Positions 25,578-31,823 of a DNA stretch of 33,036 nucleotides are shown here, piece by piece. A model generated the notes under the pieces. That model was not told where the DNA came from and ran no database searches. It saw nothing but the letters and a program-made list of their open reading frames with translations. Source of the stretch: Planctomycetia bacterium (GTDB lineage: Bacteria > Planctomycetota > Planctomycetia > Pirellulales > UBA1268); the NCBI GenBank assembly GCA_010027105.1, contig RGVT01000001.1, positions 1 to 33,036 on the forward strand. Direction: 5' to 3'. A program made the translations under genes and the position numbers. Positions within the stretch are counted from its first letter, which is position 1. Each line of letters begins with the position of its first letter.

Positions 25578-25788
25578 CGTAGTCGTCATAAGCGAGCATC
25601 TCAGGGCTGTCCCAGTCCTCGGCAAACCGTTCCAGTTGAGCCCGTAATTCCTCTGCGGCACCGGCATCGATGCCCCGAGACTGCAGATCGTGCGACCCTC
25701 GATCCATCGCTGCCAAACGGCGCATGATTTCTTGCCGCTCCGCCGGCGTCAACTTTTCCAGTTCGTTGAGAAGTTCAGCAGTGCTCAT
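25555..25788 (-). CDS. Cognate antitoxin (addiction-module component type; WD..YD C-terminal tail)
   Basis: ATG at 25786-25788. MSTAELLNELEKLTPAERQEIMRRL plus ..FAEDWDSPEMLAYDDYDAAKGRL. It lies immediately upstream of the MazF-like gene and overlaps it. Confidence 0.65.
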   Translation of the reverse strand: MSTAELLNELEKLTPAERQEIMRRLAAMDRGSHDLQSRGIDAGAAEELRAQLERFAEDWDSPEMLAYDDYDAAKGRL

Positions 25789-25826
25789 GTACACAGTCGC
25801 GGGACGACCCTTCAAAACGTAAAAAT

Positions 25827-25855
25827 AGTATACGCATACACAGTATGCGTTGCAA
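25827..25855 (-). promoter_or_regulatory. Promoter TTGCAA-N17-TATACT with embedded perfect palindrome ACGCATAC-ACA-GTATGCGT (25832-25850)
   Basis: Read on the minus strand. The -35 is at 25850-25855 and the -10 at 25827-25832, with exactly 17 nt between them. The 19-nt palindrome spans the spacer and overlaps one base of each hexamer, about 40 nt upstream of the antitoxin ATG. Confidence 0.55.
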
Positions 25856-25860
25856 TCGAG

Positions 25861-25977
25861 GTTAGGACGGTCAACGGCGTTCGCGCAGATCTTCTCCGCA
25901 TCCGGTCATCAGCCGGTTGGCGACGCCCGACTCACAGCGAGCGGATGTCGATCACTGGCAGGTCTTCCTGCCGGCCG
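25861..25977. repeat. Copy 1 of a 117-130 bp dispersed repeat (conserved hairpin GGCAGG-TCTT-CCTGCC at 25957-25972)
   Basis: It aligns with 26870-26999. The block TAGGACGGTCAA[C/T]GGCGTT[C/T]GCGCAGATCTTCTCCGCAT.. (about 57 nt) and the block CACAGCGAGC..ATGTCGATCAC.GGCAGGTCTTCCTGCCGGCCG (about 50 nt) are separated by a variable segment. Confidence 0.85.
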
Positions 25978-25984
25978 TCCCTCT

Positions 25985-26330
25985 GAGCCGGATGTCGCCG
26001 CCGCACCCAAGGGCGCTCGAGGGGAAACTCCTCCCCCACCCGCGCCATGAGTTTCGCCCAGGCAATCCGGGAGGTGTCGTGTGAGCAGGGCTTGTCGTGG
26101 TTCGGTGCACCCTCACCCCGGCCCTCTCCGGGAGGGAGATGGTGAGAGGTCGTGGCATCGCGCTGCCTGCCGACGTTGCCGACCGCCAGCGCCGTGACGG
26201 CTTGGGGACGGTCGGCGAGGAATCCCCGCAAACGCTTGTCCAGCCGGGCGTATTGAAAAGCACCGGGACACCGGTGCTTTTCCGGTTTCAGATGACGGTG
26301 AGTTTCGTCGATCCGACGGCATCGCCCGCC
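25985..26330 (-). mobile_element. Degenerate C-terminal remnant of an IS91-family (Y2 rolling-circle) transposase gene
   Basis: Two minus-strand frames together read ..SRIAWAKLMARVGEEFPLE(R)P..CGGDIRL, resembling the conserved ..W..LL.R....FPL.CP.CGG.MR.IAFI tail of IS91-family transposases as I recall it. It is frameshifted, has no intact ORF, and its upstream extent is uncertain. Confidence 0.4.
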
Positions 26331-26379
26331 CCCCTCAAACGTCACCGCCGGTCTGGCTGCCTCCGCACAGGGCAGGCAG

Positions 26380-26607
26380 TCACCGCTGTCCGTAACGCCC
26401 TTCCAGGATTCCAGCAAACGAAAGGTCTTCGTCGAGCGACGGCCAGTGCAGGCCACATGGGGAGATTTCGATACGGCCCACGTCTTCGTCGGCGGCGGAT
26501 TCCAGCCGCGGGTTGCCCTTCGTGGGAAAACTCACCTCATGGCCGCTGGCGAATCTGACAAAGATCATTCCTCGCTCGTGCCATGCCTTCAGGGCTCGAT
26601 CAACCAA
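26380..26607 (-). CDS. DUF2442 domain protein (partner of DUF4160; TA-like pair)
   Basis: ..KAWHERGMIFVRFASGHEVSFP...RIEISPCGLHWPSLDEDLSFAGIL matches the DUF2442 pattern. A TTG start at 26605-26607 overlaps the upstream stop (cTTGGTTGA). ATG 26647-26649 or 26566-26568 are alternatives. Confidence 0.65.
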   Translation of the reverse strand: MVDRALKAWHERGMIFVRFASGHEVSFPTKGNPRLESAADEDVGRIEISPCGLHWPSLDEDLSFAGILEGRYGQR

Positions 26608-26833
26608 GGTATTCGGCCCATTTTTGTTTGATGAGTTCGAGATTGTCATCGATGAGGTCCTCCGCTCGCGAGAGCTCTCTCACATTGAATCCGAACGATT
26701 CTCGCAACTCCACTTTGGGTTCAACGACGAACACTGCTTCCCCGTCGCCCCGGCGGACATGCACGTGGATGGGGGCATGATCGTTGCTGTAGAAGAAAAA
26801 CGAGTAGCCTTCCTGCTCGAAGATCTTCGGCAT
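26600..26833 (-). CDS. DUF4160 domain protein
   Basis: ORF 26600..26917(-) trimmed to ATG 26831-26833. MPKIFEQEGYSFFFYSNDHAPIHVHVRRGDGEAVF is the characteristic DUF4160 N-terminus. The upstream ORF extension runs into the repeat. Confidence 0.75.
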   Translation of the reverse strand: MPKIFEQEGYSFFFYSNDHAPIHVHVRRGDGEAVFVVEPKVELRESFGFNVRELSRAEDLIDDNLELIKQKWAEYLG

Positions 26834-26869
26834 CGGACCAGTGTACCTGATACCGGTTTCGAAGGAGAG

Positions 26870-26999
26870 GATAGGACGGTCAATGGCGTTTGCGCAGATC
26901 TTCTCCGCATTCGGCAATCAGCCGGCGTCAGCTGGTCGCGGGTCGGGGCGGCATCACAGCGAGCACATGTCGATCACCGGCAGGTCTTCCTGCCGGCCG
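26870..26999. repeat. Copy 2 of the 117-130 bp dispersed repeat (hairpin CCGGCAGG-TCTT-CCTGCCGG at 26977-26996)
   Basis: See copy 1. It is in the same orientation and ends 36 nt from the DUF4160 start codon. Confidence 0.85.
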
Positions 27000-27128
27000 G
27001 CAGGGCGTGTGCGGGGGGTTGACAAACCGTAGCGTCGGCAGAGAATACTCCCTCAACAGGGGCATGCCGGTTTTGATTTGTCTTGGTGGAGACAAGTCGC
27101 GGATTATTTCGCAAAGGAGGGCTCTGCG

Positions 27129-30100
27129 ATGGTCGTTCTCAGTGGCGATGCTATGGCTCCTGTTCGCTCTCGGCTCAAGGCTGGAGGCCGTCGACGCAGT
27201 GTGAGGGCGATTCATCGCAGTGTGCGGCGCGACCATGCCCGGCTCATCGCGTTTGAAACCCTCGAGGGTCGGGCCGTCCTGAGCGCGACGACGCTCGCCA
27301 AACTTTCGGGGTTTGCGCCGGCCGGCAGCGGACTGGGCGACGTGCGTGCCGCCGCGAACGACAACTTTGCCAACGCGATTGTCCTGACCGGTGCGTCAGC
27401 GTCGGCCGCCGGCACCAACGTCGGCGCCACTCGGGAAGCGGGCGAGCCGAACATCCTCGGATTTTCCGGGGGCAGATCAGTATGGTGGACCTGGACCGCC
27501 CCCACCTCGGGCAGCGTGCAGATCGACACGATCGGCAGCAACTTCGACACGACCCTGGGGATCTTCACGGGCACGTCCGTCAACGCCTTGTCAACCGTCG
27601 CCAGTAACGACGATGGCGGCGGCAATTTCACGAGCAAGGTCAACTTCATTGCCTCGGCGGGCACCGCGTATCAGATTGCGGTCGATGGATACCGGACGGC
27701 CACGGGGAGTATCTCGCTGCGGGTGCTGTCGACGGCCATTCCCGCCCCGACGAACGTCTCCGCGAGCGACGGCACGTTTTCAGACAGGGTTCAGGTGACC
27801 TGGACATCGGCTGCCGGGGCGACCGCGTATGAAGTGTGGCGGGGCACCACCACCGTGACGTCGGCTGCAACCCGGGTGAGTGTCGTCGACGTCACCGGCA
27901 ACAGTTTCAGTGACAACACGGCTGTCGCGGGAACGACGTACTACTACTGGGTCAGGTCGAAGGCCGGGGCCGCCGTGAGCGCGTTCAGTGTTGGCGATAC
28001 GGGTTATCGGCGGACGGTTGTGGCCAACGACGGCTTCGCCGACGCGATCGTCCTCAACGGCGCGTCGGCCGCTTCTTCGGGCACGAACGTCGGTGCCACG
28101 CGGGAGGCGGGTGAGCCGAACGTTTTGGGCGTTTCGGGAGGCAGGTCTGTGTGGTGGGCCTGGACCGCCCCCACCACGGGCAGCGTGCAGATCGACACGA
28201 TCGGCAGCACCTTCGACACCACGCTCGGAATCTACACGGGAACGACCGTCAGCGGGCTGTCGACGGTGGCCAGCAACGACGACAGCGGCGGCAACTGGAC
28301 CAGCAAGGTCATTTTCAGCGCCACGGCCGGCACCACATATCGGATTGTGGTCGACGGCTACGGCGGGTCGGTTGGAACCATCTCGCTGCACGTCGCCCAG
28401 GCCTCGACTCCGGTGGTGGTCAATGCCGCGGCGGCGACGGTGGACTCGCTTCGTACGGCCTCGCTCACCGTTCTCGGATCGGACAACGGCGGTGAATCCG
28501 GCTTGACGTACACGTGGACGGTGACGTCCATGCCCGCCGGTGCCGCGGCGCCGACGTTCAGCAGCAACGCGTCGAACGGCGCAAAGAATTCGGTGGCGAC
28601 GTTTGCCGCCGCCGGCACCTATGTGCTGGCCGTCCGGATCGCGAATGCCGCGGGTGGTGCCGTAACCAGCAGCGTGCCGGTGACGATCGCCCAATCGCTC
28701 GCGGGTGCGACGATCAGCCCGTCGACGACATCCATCGCACTCAATTCGCAGACGCAGTTCAGCGCACGCGCCGTCGATCAGTTCGGCAATGCGATGGTGA
28801 GCCAGCCGATCTTCGCCTGGACGGCCACGGTTGGAATCATCGATTCCGCCACTGGTTTGTATACCGCGCCGGCGACGGCGGGGTCGGTGACGATCACGGC
28901 CACCAGTGGGACGACGACGGCCCAGTTGACCGCGACGATCGCAGCCGCACGTTTCCTGGGATTGCGGAACGCGGATCTGGCGAACCTGGTGCAATCGCTG
29001 TACGCCGACGGCTCGATCAATCGAACCGATATGTACCGGATTTTGCTTTCCGTCGGCGCCAACGACGGCTCTGTGAGCGATTCCGAACTCAGTGACCTGG
29101 GGACGGTGTTGTCGGCGACGAACGCAGCGACACTGCAGATTCCCGGCTATGTGCAGGTGCTGGCGAACAACGTCGTGCTGGGCAGCGCGGCGAATGCCCG
29201 GTACCAGGGGCAGTCGCTTGGCAACCTCGCCCCGGGGTTCACCGCCAGCCAACTCACCAATCTCGTGAACAAGTGGTTCATCGGATCCGATCGTCCGGCG
29301 GCCAACGCGAACGGGTCGTACACGTATCAACTCGCGGCAGGCACGCTGTTCGTCGATGGACCGTCCTACACCGACGCCCGTCAGGGGTACGTCGGGGATT
29401 GCTACTACATAGCCACGCTCGGCTCGATCGCCAAAAGCAATCCGACGGCAATCCAAAATATGTTCGTCGACAACGGCGATGGAACCTTCACGGTAAGGTT
29501 CTATTACCAAAACGGTGGGAATTACATCGCCGACTACGTAACCGTCGACCGCTATCTGCCGGCCTCGGGCACCAGCTTCATCTACTCCAATATGGGGAGC
29601 GCCATCTCCAGCCCCAGCAACGAGCTGTGGATGCCGTTGGCCGAGAAGGCGTACGCCCAGTGGAACGAGACGGGCCGCTCGGGTCGCAACGGCACCAACA
29701 CCTATTCGGCCATCGAGGGCGGTTGGATGAACGTCGTCGATCGGCAGGTGCTGGGTCGGTCCGCGGCCGATTACTCGTTCAGCTCGAACGCCAACAAGCA
29801 GGTGCTGATCGATGCAATCTCGGCCAACAAGGGGGTTACCTTCGGGACCAGAGCCTCGCTGTTCGGTCTGTACGGCTACCACGCCTACACCGTGATCGGT
29901 TACGACGCGTCGACCGACACGTTCGCGGCATACAACCCTTGGGGCACGAGCCACCCCGGTCGCTTGACATGGGGTCAGTTGCAGCAGGCCTGCTCGTTCT
30001 TCACGGTAGCCGATACGTCGAATGTGCCGCCGTTTTCCCTTCTTATCGGCGGACTGATCGCCCCCTCGCAGCCGTCGGGCTACGCGGTGCCTGCTTCCGT

Positions 30101-30446
30101 CGACGCGGGCATGCTCGTCGCGGGAGGGGTGTCGCCGACGGTCGGTGACCGTGTGACTTCAGGAGTCGGCAACGCGGTGACATTCGTGCAGCAGGAGCGT
30201 ATCGTCGCGAAGGCGGCCGCGACGGCGACGCCGGCGCAGGTTACCCAAAAGGCCTTTGCAGCTTTGGCAGCGAAAGGCAATCGAGCGTCGCAGAACGTTC
30301 CAGCCGGCACTGCCCACGTGGAAGAGCTGACAACCAGCGTATCAGGCGGACTATCTGCCGGTGAGCGGCGGAGCAGTTGCTCGGTGAGATGCACGTCCGG
30401 CTATGCGATTGCGTCGGTTACACCGTCATCGCTTGCTGAGTCGTAG
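27129..30446 (+). CDS. Large secreted multidomain calpain-like cysteine protease (peptidase family C2)
   Basis: ATG at 27129 is preceded by AAGGAGG (27114-27120). The N-terminal motif is LIAFETLEGRAVLSA. There are two about 123-aa PPC-like domains, an Fn3-like segment, an Ig-like domain and a Big_2-like domain. The calpain triad context is QGYVGDCYY (Cys 29400-29402), YGYHAYTV (His 29880-29882) and AYNPWG (Asn 29934-29936). Confidence 0.85.
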   Translation: MVVLSGDAMAPVRSRLKAGGRRRSVRAIHRSVRRDHARLIAFETLEGRAVLSATTLAKLSGFAPAGSGLGDVRAAANDNFANAIVLTGASASAAGTNVGATREAGEPNILGFSGGRSVWWTWTAPTSGSVQIDTIGSNFDTTLGIFTGTSVNALSTVASNDDGGGNFTSKVNFIASAGTAYQIAVDGYRTATGSISLRVLSTAIPAPTNVSASDGTFSDRVQVTWTSAAGATAYEVWRGTTTVTSAATRVSVVDVTGNSFSDNTAVAGTTYYYWVRSKAGAAVSAFSVGDTGYRRTVVANDGFADAIVLNGASAASSGTNVGATREAGEPNVLGVSGGRSVWWAWTAPTTGSVQIDTIGSTFDTTLGIYTGTTVSGLSTVASNDDSGGNWTSKVIFSATAGTTYRIVVDGYGGSVGTISLHVAQASTPVVVNAAAATVDSLRTASLTVLGSDNGGESGLTYTWTVTSMPAGAAAPTFSSNASNGAKNSVATFAAAGTYVLAVRIANAAGGAVTSSVPVTIAQSLAGATISPSTTSIALNSQTQFSARAVDQFGNAMVSQPIFAWTATVGIIDSATGLYTAPATAGSVTITATSGTTTAQLTATIAAARFLGLRNADLANLVQSLYADGSINRTDMYRILLSVGANDGSVSDSELSDLGTVLSATNAATLQIPGYVQVLANNVVLGSAANARYQGQSLGNLAPGFTASQLTNLVNKWFIGSDRPAANANGSYTYQLAAGTLFVDGPSYTDARQGYVGDCYYIATLGSIAKSNPTAIQNMFVDNGDGTFTVRFYYQNGGNYIADYVTVDRYLPASGTSFIYSNMGSAISSPSNELWMPLAEKAYAQWNETGRSGRNGTNTYSAIEGGWMNVVDRQVLGRSAADYSFSSNANKQVLIDAISANKGVTFGTRASLFGLYGYHAYTVIGYDASTDTFAAYNPWGTSHPGRLTWGQLQQACSFFTVADTSNVPPFSLLIGGLIAPSQPSGYAVPASVDAGMLVAGGVSPTVGDRVTSGVGNAVTFVQQERIVAKAAATATPAQVTQKAFAALAAKGNRASQNVPAGTAHVEELTTSVSGGLSAGERRSSCSVRCTSGYAIASVTPSSLAES
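27357..27728 (+). repeat. Internal domain repeat A1 of the calpain-like gene
   Basis: NDNFANAIVLTG..GTNVGATREAGEPN..SVWWTWTAPTSGSVQIDTIGSNFDTTLGIFTG...VDGY...ISLRV. It is paralogous to 28026-28394 and includes a nearly identical stretch of about 55 nt (CTGGACCGCCCCCACC.CGGGCAGCGTGCAGATCGACACGATCGGCAGCA.CTTCGACAC). Confidence 0.85.
28026..28394 (+). repeat. Internal domain repeat A2 of the calpain-like gene
   Basis: NDGFADAIVLNG..GTNVGATREAGEPN..SVWWAWTAPTTGSVQIDTIGSTFDTTLGIYTG...VDGY...ISLHV. Confidence 0.85.
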
Positions 30447-30491
30447 TCTGCGGAATCGTTTTCATCGCCGTCGCCATCGCCGGCTTCCTCG

Positions 30492-30677
30492 TCATCGAGG
30501 AGGTCGTCCGGCAGACGGGCGGGGTCGATCTCGGGCCAGGGACGAATCGGCGGCGAGAGGGTGACGGGCGGCCGCCAGGCCCTTGGCGCTGTAGAGCCCG
30601 GCGTTGTCGGCGGCCGACAGCCCGCTCGCGCCGTTGTCGACGTCGAGCATGATGCCATCGAACAGGCGCCCCCGCTC
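30492..30677 (-). pseudogene. C-terminal fragment of a spermidine-synthase-like (polyamine aminopropyltransferase fold) gene
   Basis: My own minus-strand translation gives ERGRLFDGIMLDVDNGASGLSAADNAGLYSAKGL.., matching the FD.I.LDVDNGP......N..LY...GL block of this family. There is no start codon and an in-frame stop lies upstream. Confidence 0.5.
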
Positions 30678-30793
30678 GCGAGTGGTTCATCGGTCGGGCG
30701 ATGCTTGTGGAAGCGCCATCGGCAGGACTATCCTTTTGATTTGTAGCGGGTGTGGCGCCAGCCAGGGTCTCCCTTCCCCCAACGGCAAACCCA

Positions 30794-30994
30794 ATGAACG
30801 CATCCGACCAGGTCTTGTTTGACAAGATCAAACAACTTCCCCCGCAGCGGCTGGCGGAGGTGGAGGACTTCGTAGACTTCCTGCGCACTCGTGAGAATGA
30901 GCAGCGGCTAGCGATCGTCGCGGCCAAAGCCAGCGAAGCGAGCTTTGCACAAGTCTGGGACAATGGCGACGATGCGGCCTACGATCGGATGTGA
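30794..30994 (+). CDS. Antitoxin (addiction-module component type) of a MazEF-like pair
   Basis: ATG at 30794. MNASDQVLFDKIKQLPPQRLAEVEDFVDFL... plus ..SFAQVWDNGDDAAYDRM. The stop overlaps the toxin GTG (GTGA at 30991-30994). Confidence 0.7.
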   Translation: MNASDQVLFDKIKQLPPQRLAEVEDFVDFLRTRENEQRLAIVAAKASEASFAQVWDNGDDAAYDRM

Positions 30995-31346
30995 CAGAAA
31001 TGACCATCGCTTCGAGGTTCGACTTCGGCGACGTGGTGCTCGTGCCATTCCGTTCACTGATCAATCGGGCGCAAAGAAGCGGCCGGCCGTCATCGTCTCA
31101 ATCGTCGGCTACAACACCAGCCGGAGGGATATCGAGATCATGGCGATCACAAGCCAGGTGCAATCACCGCTTGGCTACGGCGAGGCCATGATCGATGACT
31201 GGCGAGCCGCTGGACTCATCAAGGCATCGGTGCTCAAACCGGTCTTCAGCACCATCGAGCAGGGGCTTGTCATTCGCGTCATGGGCCATCTTTCTGCCAC
31301 CGACTTGCAGACGCTGCAAAAGCTGCTCCAAAGTGTGATCGGGTGA
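30991..31346 (+). pseudogene. PemK/MazF family toxin with a 1-nt frameshift
   Basis: Frame 1 reads (V)TEMTIASRFDFGDVVLVPF. Frame 2 continues PFTDQSGAKKRPAVIVS...LKPVFSTIEQGLVIRVMGHLS. The expected VLVPFPFTD needs CCC where the sequence has CC (31050-31051). The length of 356 nt is not divisible by 3. Confidence 0.7.
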
Positions 31347-31357
31347 GCAAATACCGG

Positions 31358-31379
31358 CTTGCGAACCCCCGGTTCGAAG
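31358..31379 (+). terminator. Stem-loop CTT(G)CGAACC-CCC-GGTTCGAAG 12 nt after the toxin stop
   Basis: Read directly from the sequence. It has a 9-bp stem with one bulged G and no U-tract. Confidence 0.3.
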
Positions 31380-31408
31380 TGGGCCGGCTCCGGCAGTGCC
31401 ATCCGCGT

Positions 31409-31480
31409 TCAGATCTGCATACGGTCGCGGAGCCAACGGGCCAGGGAAGGAGGCAACTGGTTATCGACCAGAAACCTCAC
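31409..31480 (-). pseudogene. N-terminal stub of a DUF5615 / PIN-like toxin gene
   Basis: My own minus-strand translation from GTG gives VRFLVDNQLPPSLARWLRDRMQI*. It resembles the M.FL.D..LP..LARWL start of DUF5615 proteins. It is terminated after 23 codons, and a shifted frame may continue to about 31380. Confidence 0.35.
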
Positions 31481-31556
31481 GCGATCTCAACGACGCCGTG
31501 GTTCGTCCGGGCACACGCCCACGAAGATCGTGTTCCAACTCCCGCCGGTGGGGCGA

Positions 31557-31823
31557 TCACGGCGGGCACGAGCTCCGCCACCAGCGCAGCGCTTCCCGGA
31601 GCGTGAACCCGAACCCGAGCCCGCCGACCAGCACGGCCGCGCGCCTGCGGCCGAGCAGGCCGGCGCAGGCGAGCTCCGCGAGCCGCTCCTCCGAGTGGTG
31701 CTGCCGCGTCGACATCAGCTCGACGCCGCCCACGCGGATTGAGAGCGCGCCATCGTGCTCGTGGAGCGTGAGCGGGGCGCCGTCGGGGGTGGTGGCCCGG
31801 TCGAGCAGCCGGGTGGGTTTCAT
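31557..31823 (-). pseudogene. N-terminal fragment of the spermidine-synthase-like gene
   Basis: MKPTRLLDRATTPDGAPLTLHEHDGALSIRVGGVELMSTRQHHSEERLAELACAGLL....VLVGGLGFGFTLREAL is followed by a premature stop. The expected next block VAELVPAVIA appears in another frame (31552-31581). ATGA overlap with bcp. Confidence 0.55.

Noticed and set aside
25861-25977. Integron attC site or gene cassette boundary (GTTAGGA resembles the GTTRRRY core)
   Set aside because: The last position does not fit the consensus. No complementary RYYYAAC partner is placed correctly in either orientation. The conserved 117-130 bp lies on the wrong side of the putative crossover point, and no intI gene is present.
25932-26456. 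174-aa ORF as an intact gene
   Set aside because: It overlaps the 3-prime end of the DUF2442 gene. Transposase-like sequence is confined to its last third and continues in another frame, so it was treated as a remnant.
27064-27204. 46-codon ORF (MPVLICLGG..RRALRWSFSVAMLWLLFALGSRLEAVDAV*) with a signal-peptide-like look, overlapping the calpain-like start
   Set aside because: It is out of frame with the large gene. The large gene has its own strong Shine-Dalgarno sequence and the usual planctomycete N-terminal motif. This ORF would matter only if a frameshift error exists here.
27780-29954. 724-aa ORF antisense to the calpain-like gene
   Set aside because: It is Arg/Gly-rich and lies opposite a frame with clear domain repeats and a catalytic triad.
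30401-30963. Minus-strand ORFs 30418..30963 (181 aa) and 30401..30658 (85 aa, acidic tail)
   Set aside because: They are low-complexity. They overlap the antitoxin gene on the other strand and the recognisable speE-like fragment in a third frame.
31358-31385. tRNA fragment or att site suggested by GGTTCGAAG (T-loop-like)
   Set aside because: No 5-bp T-stem or acceptor stem can be drawn on either strand. It is more simply a hairpin after the toxin gene.
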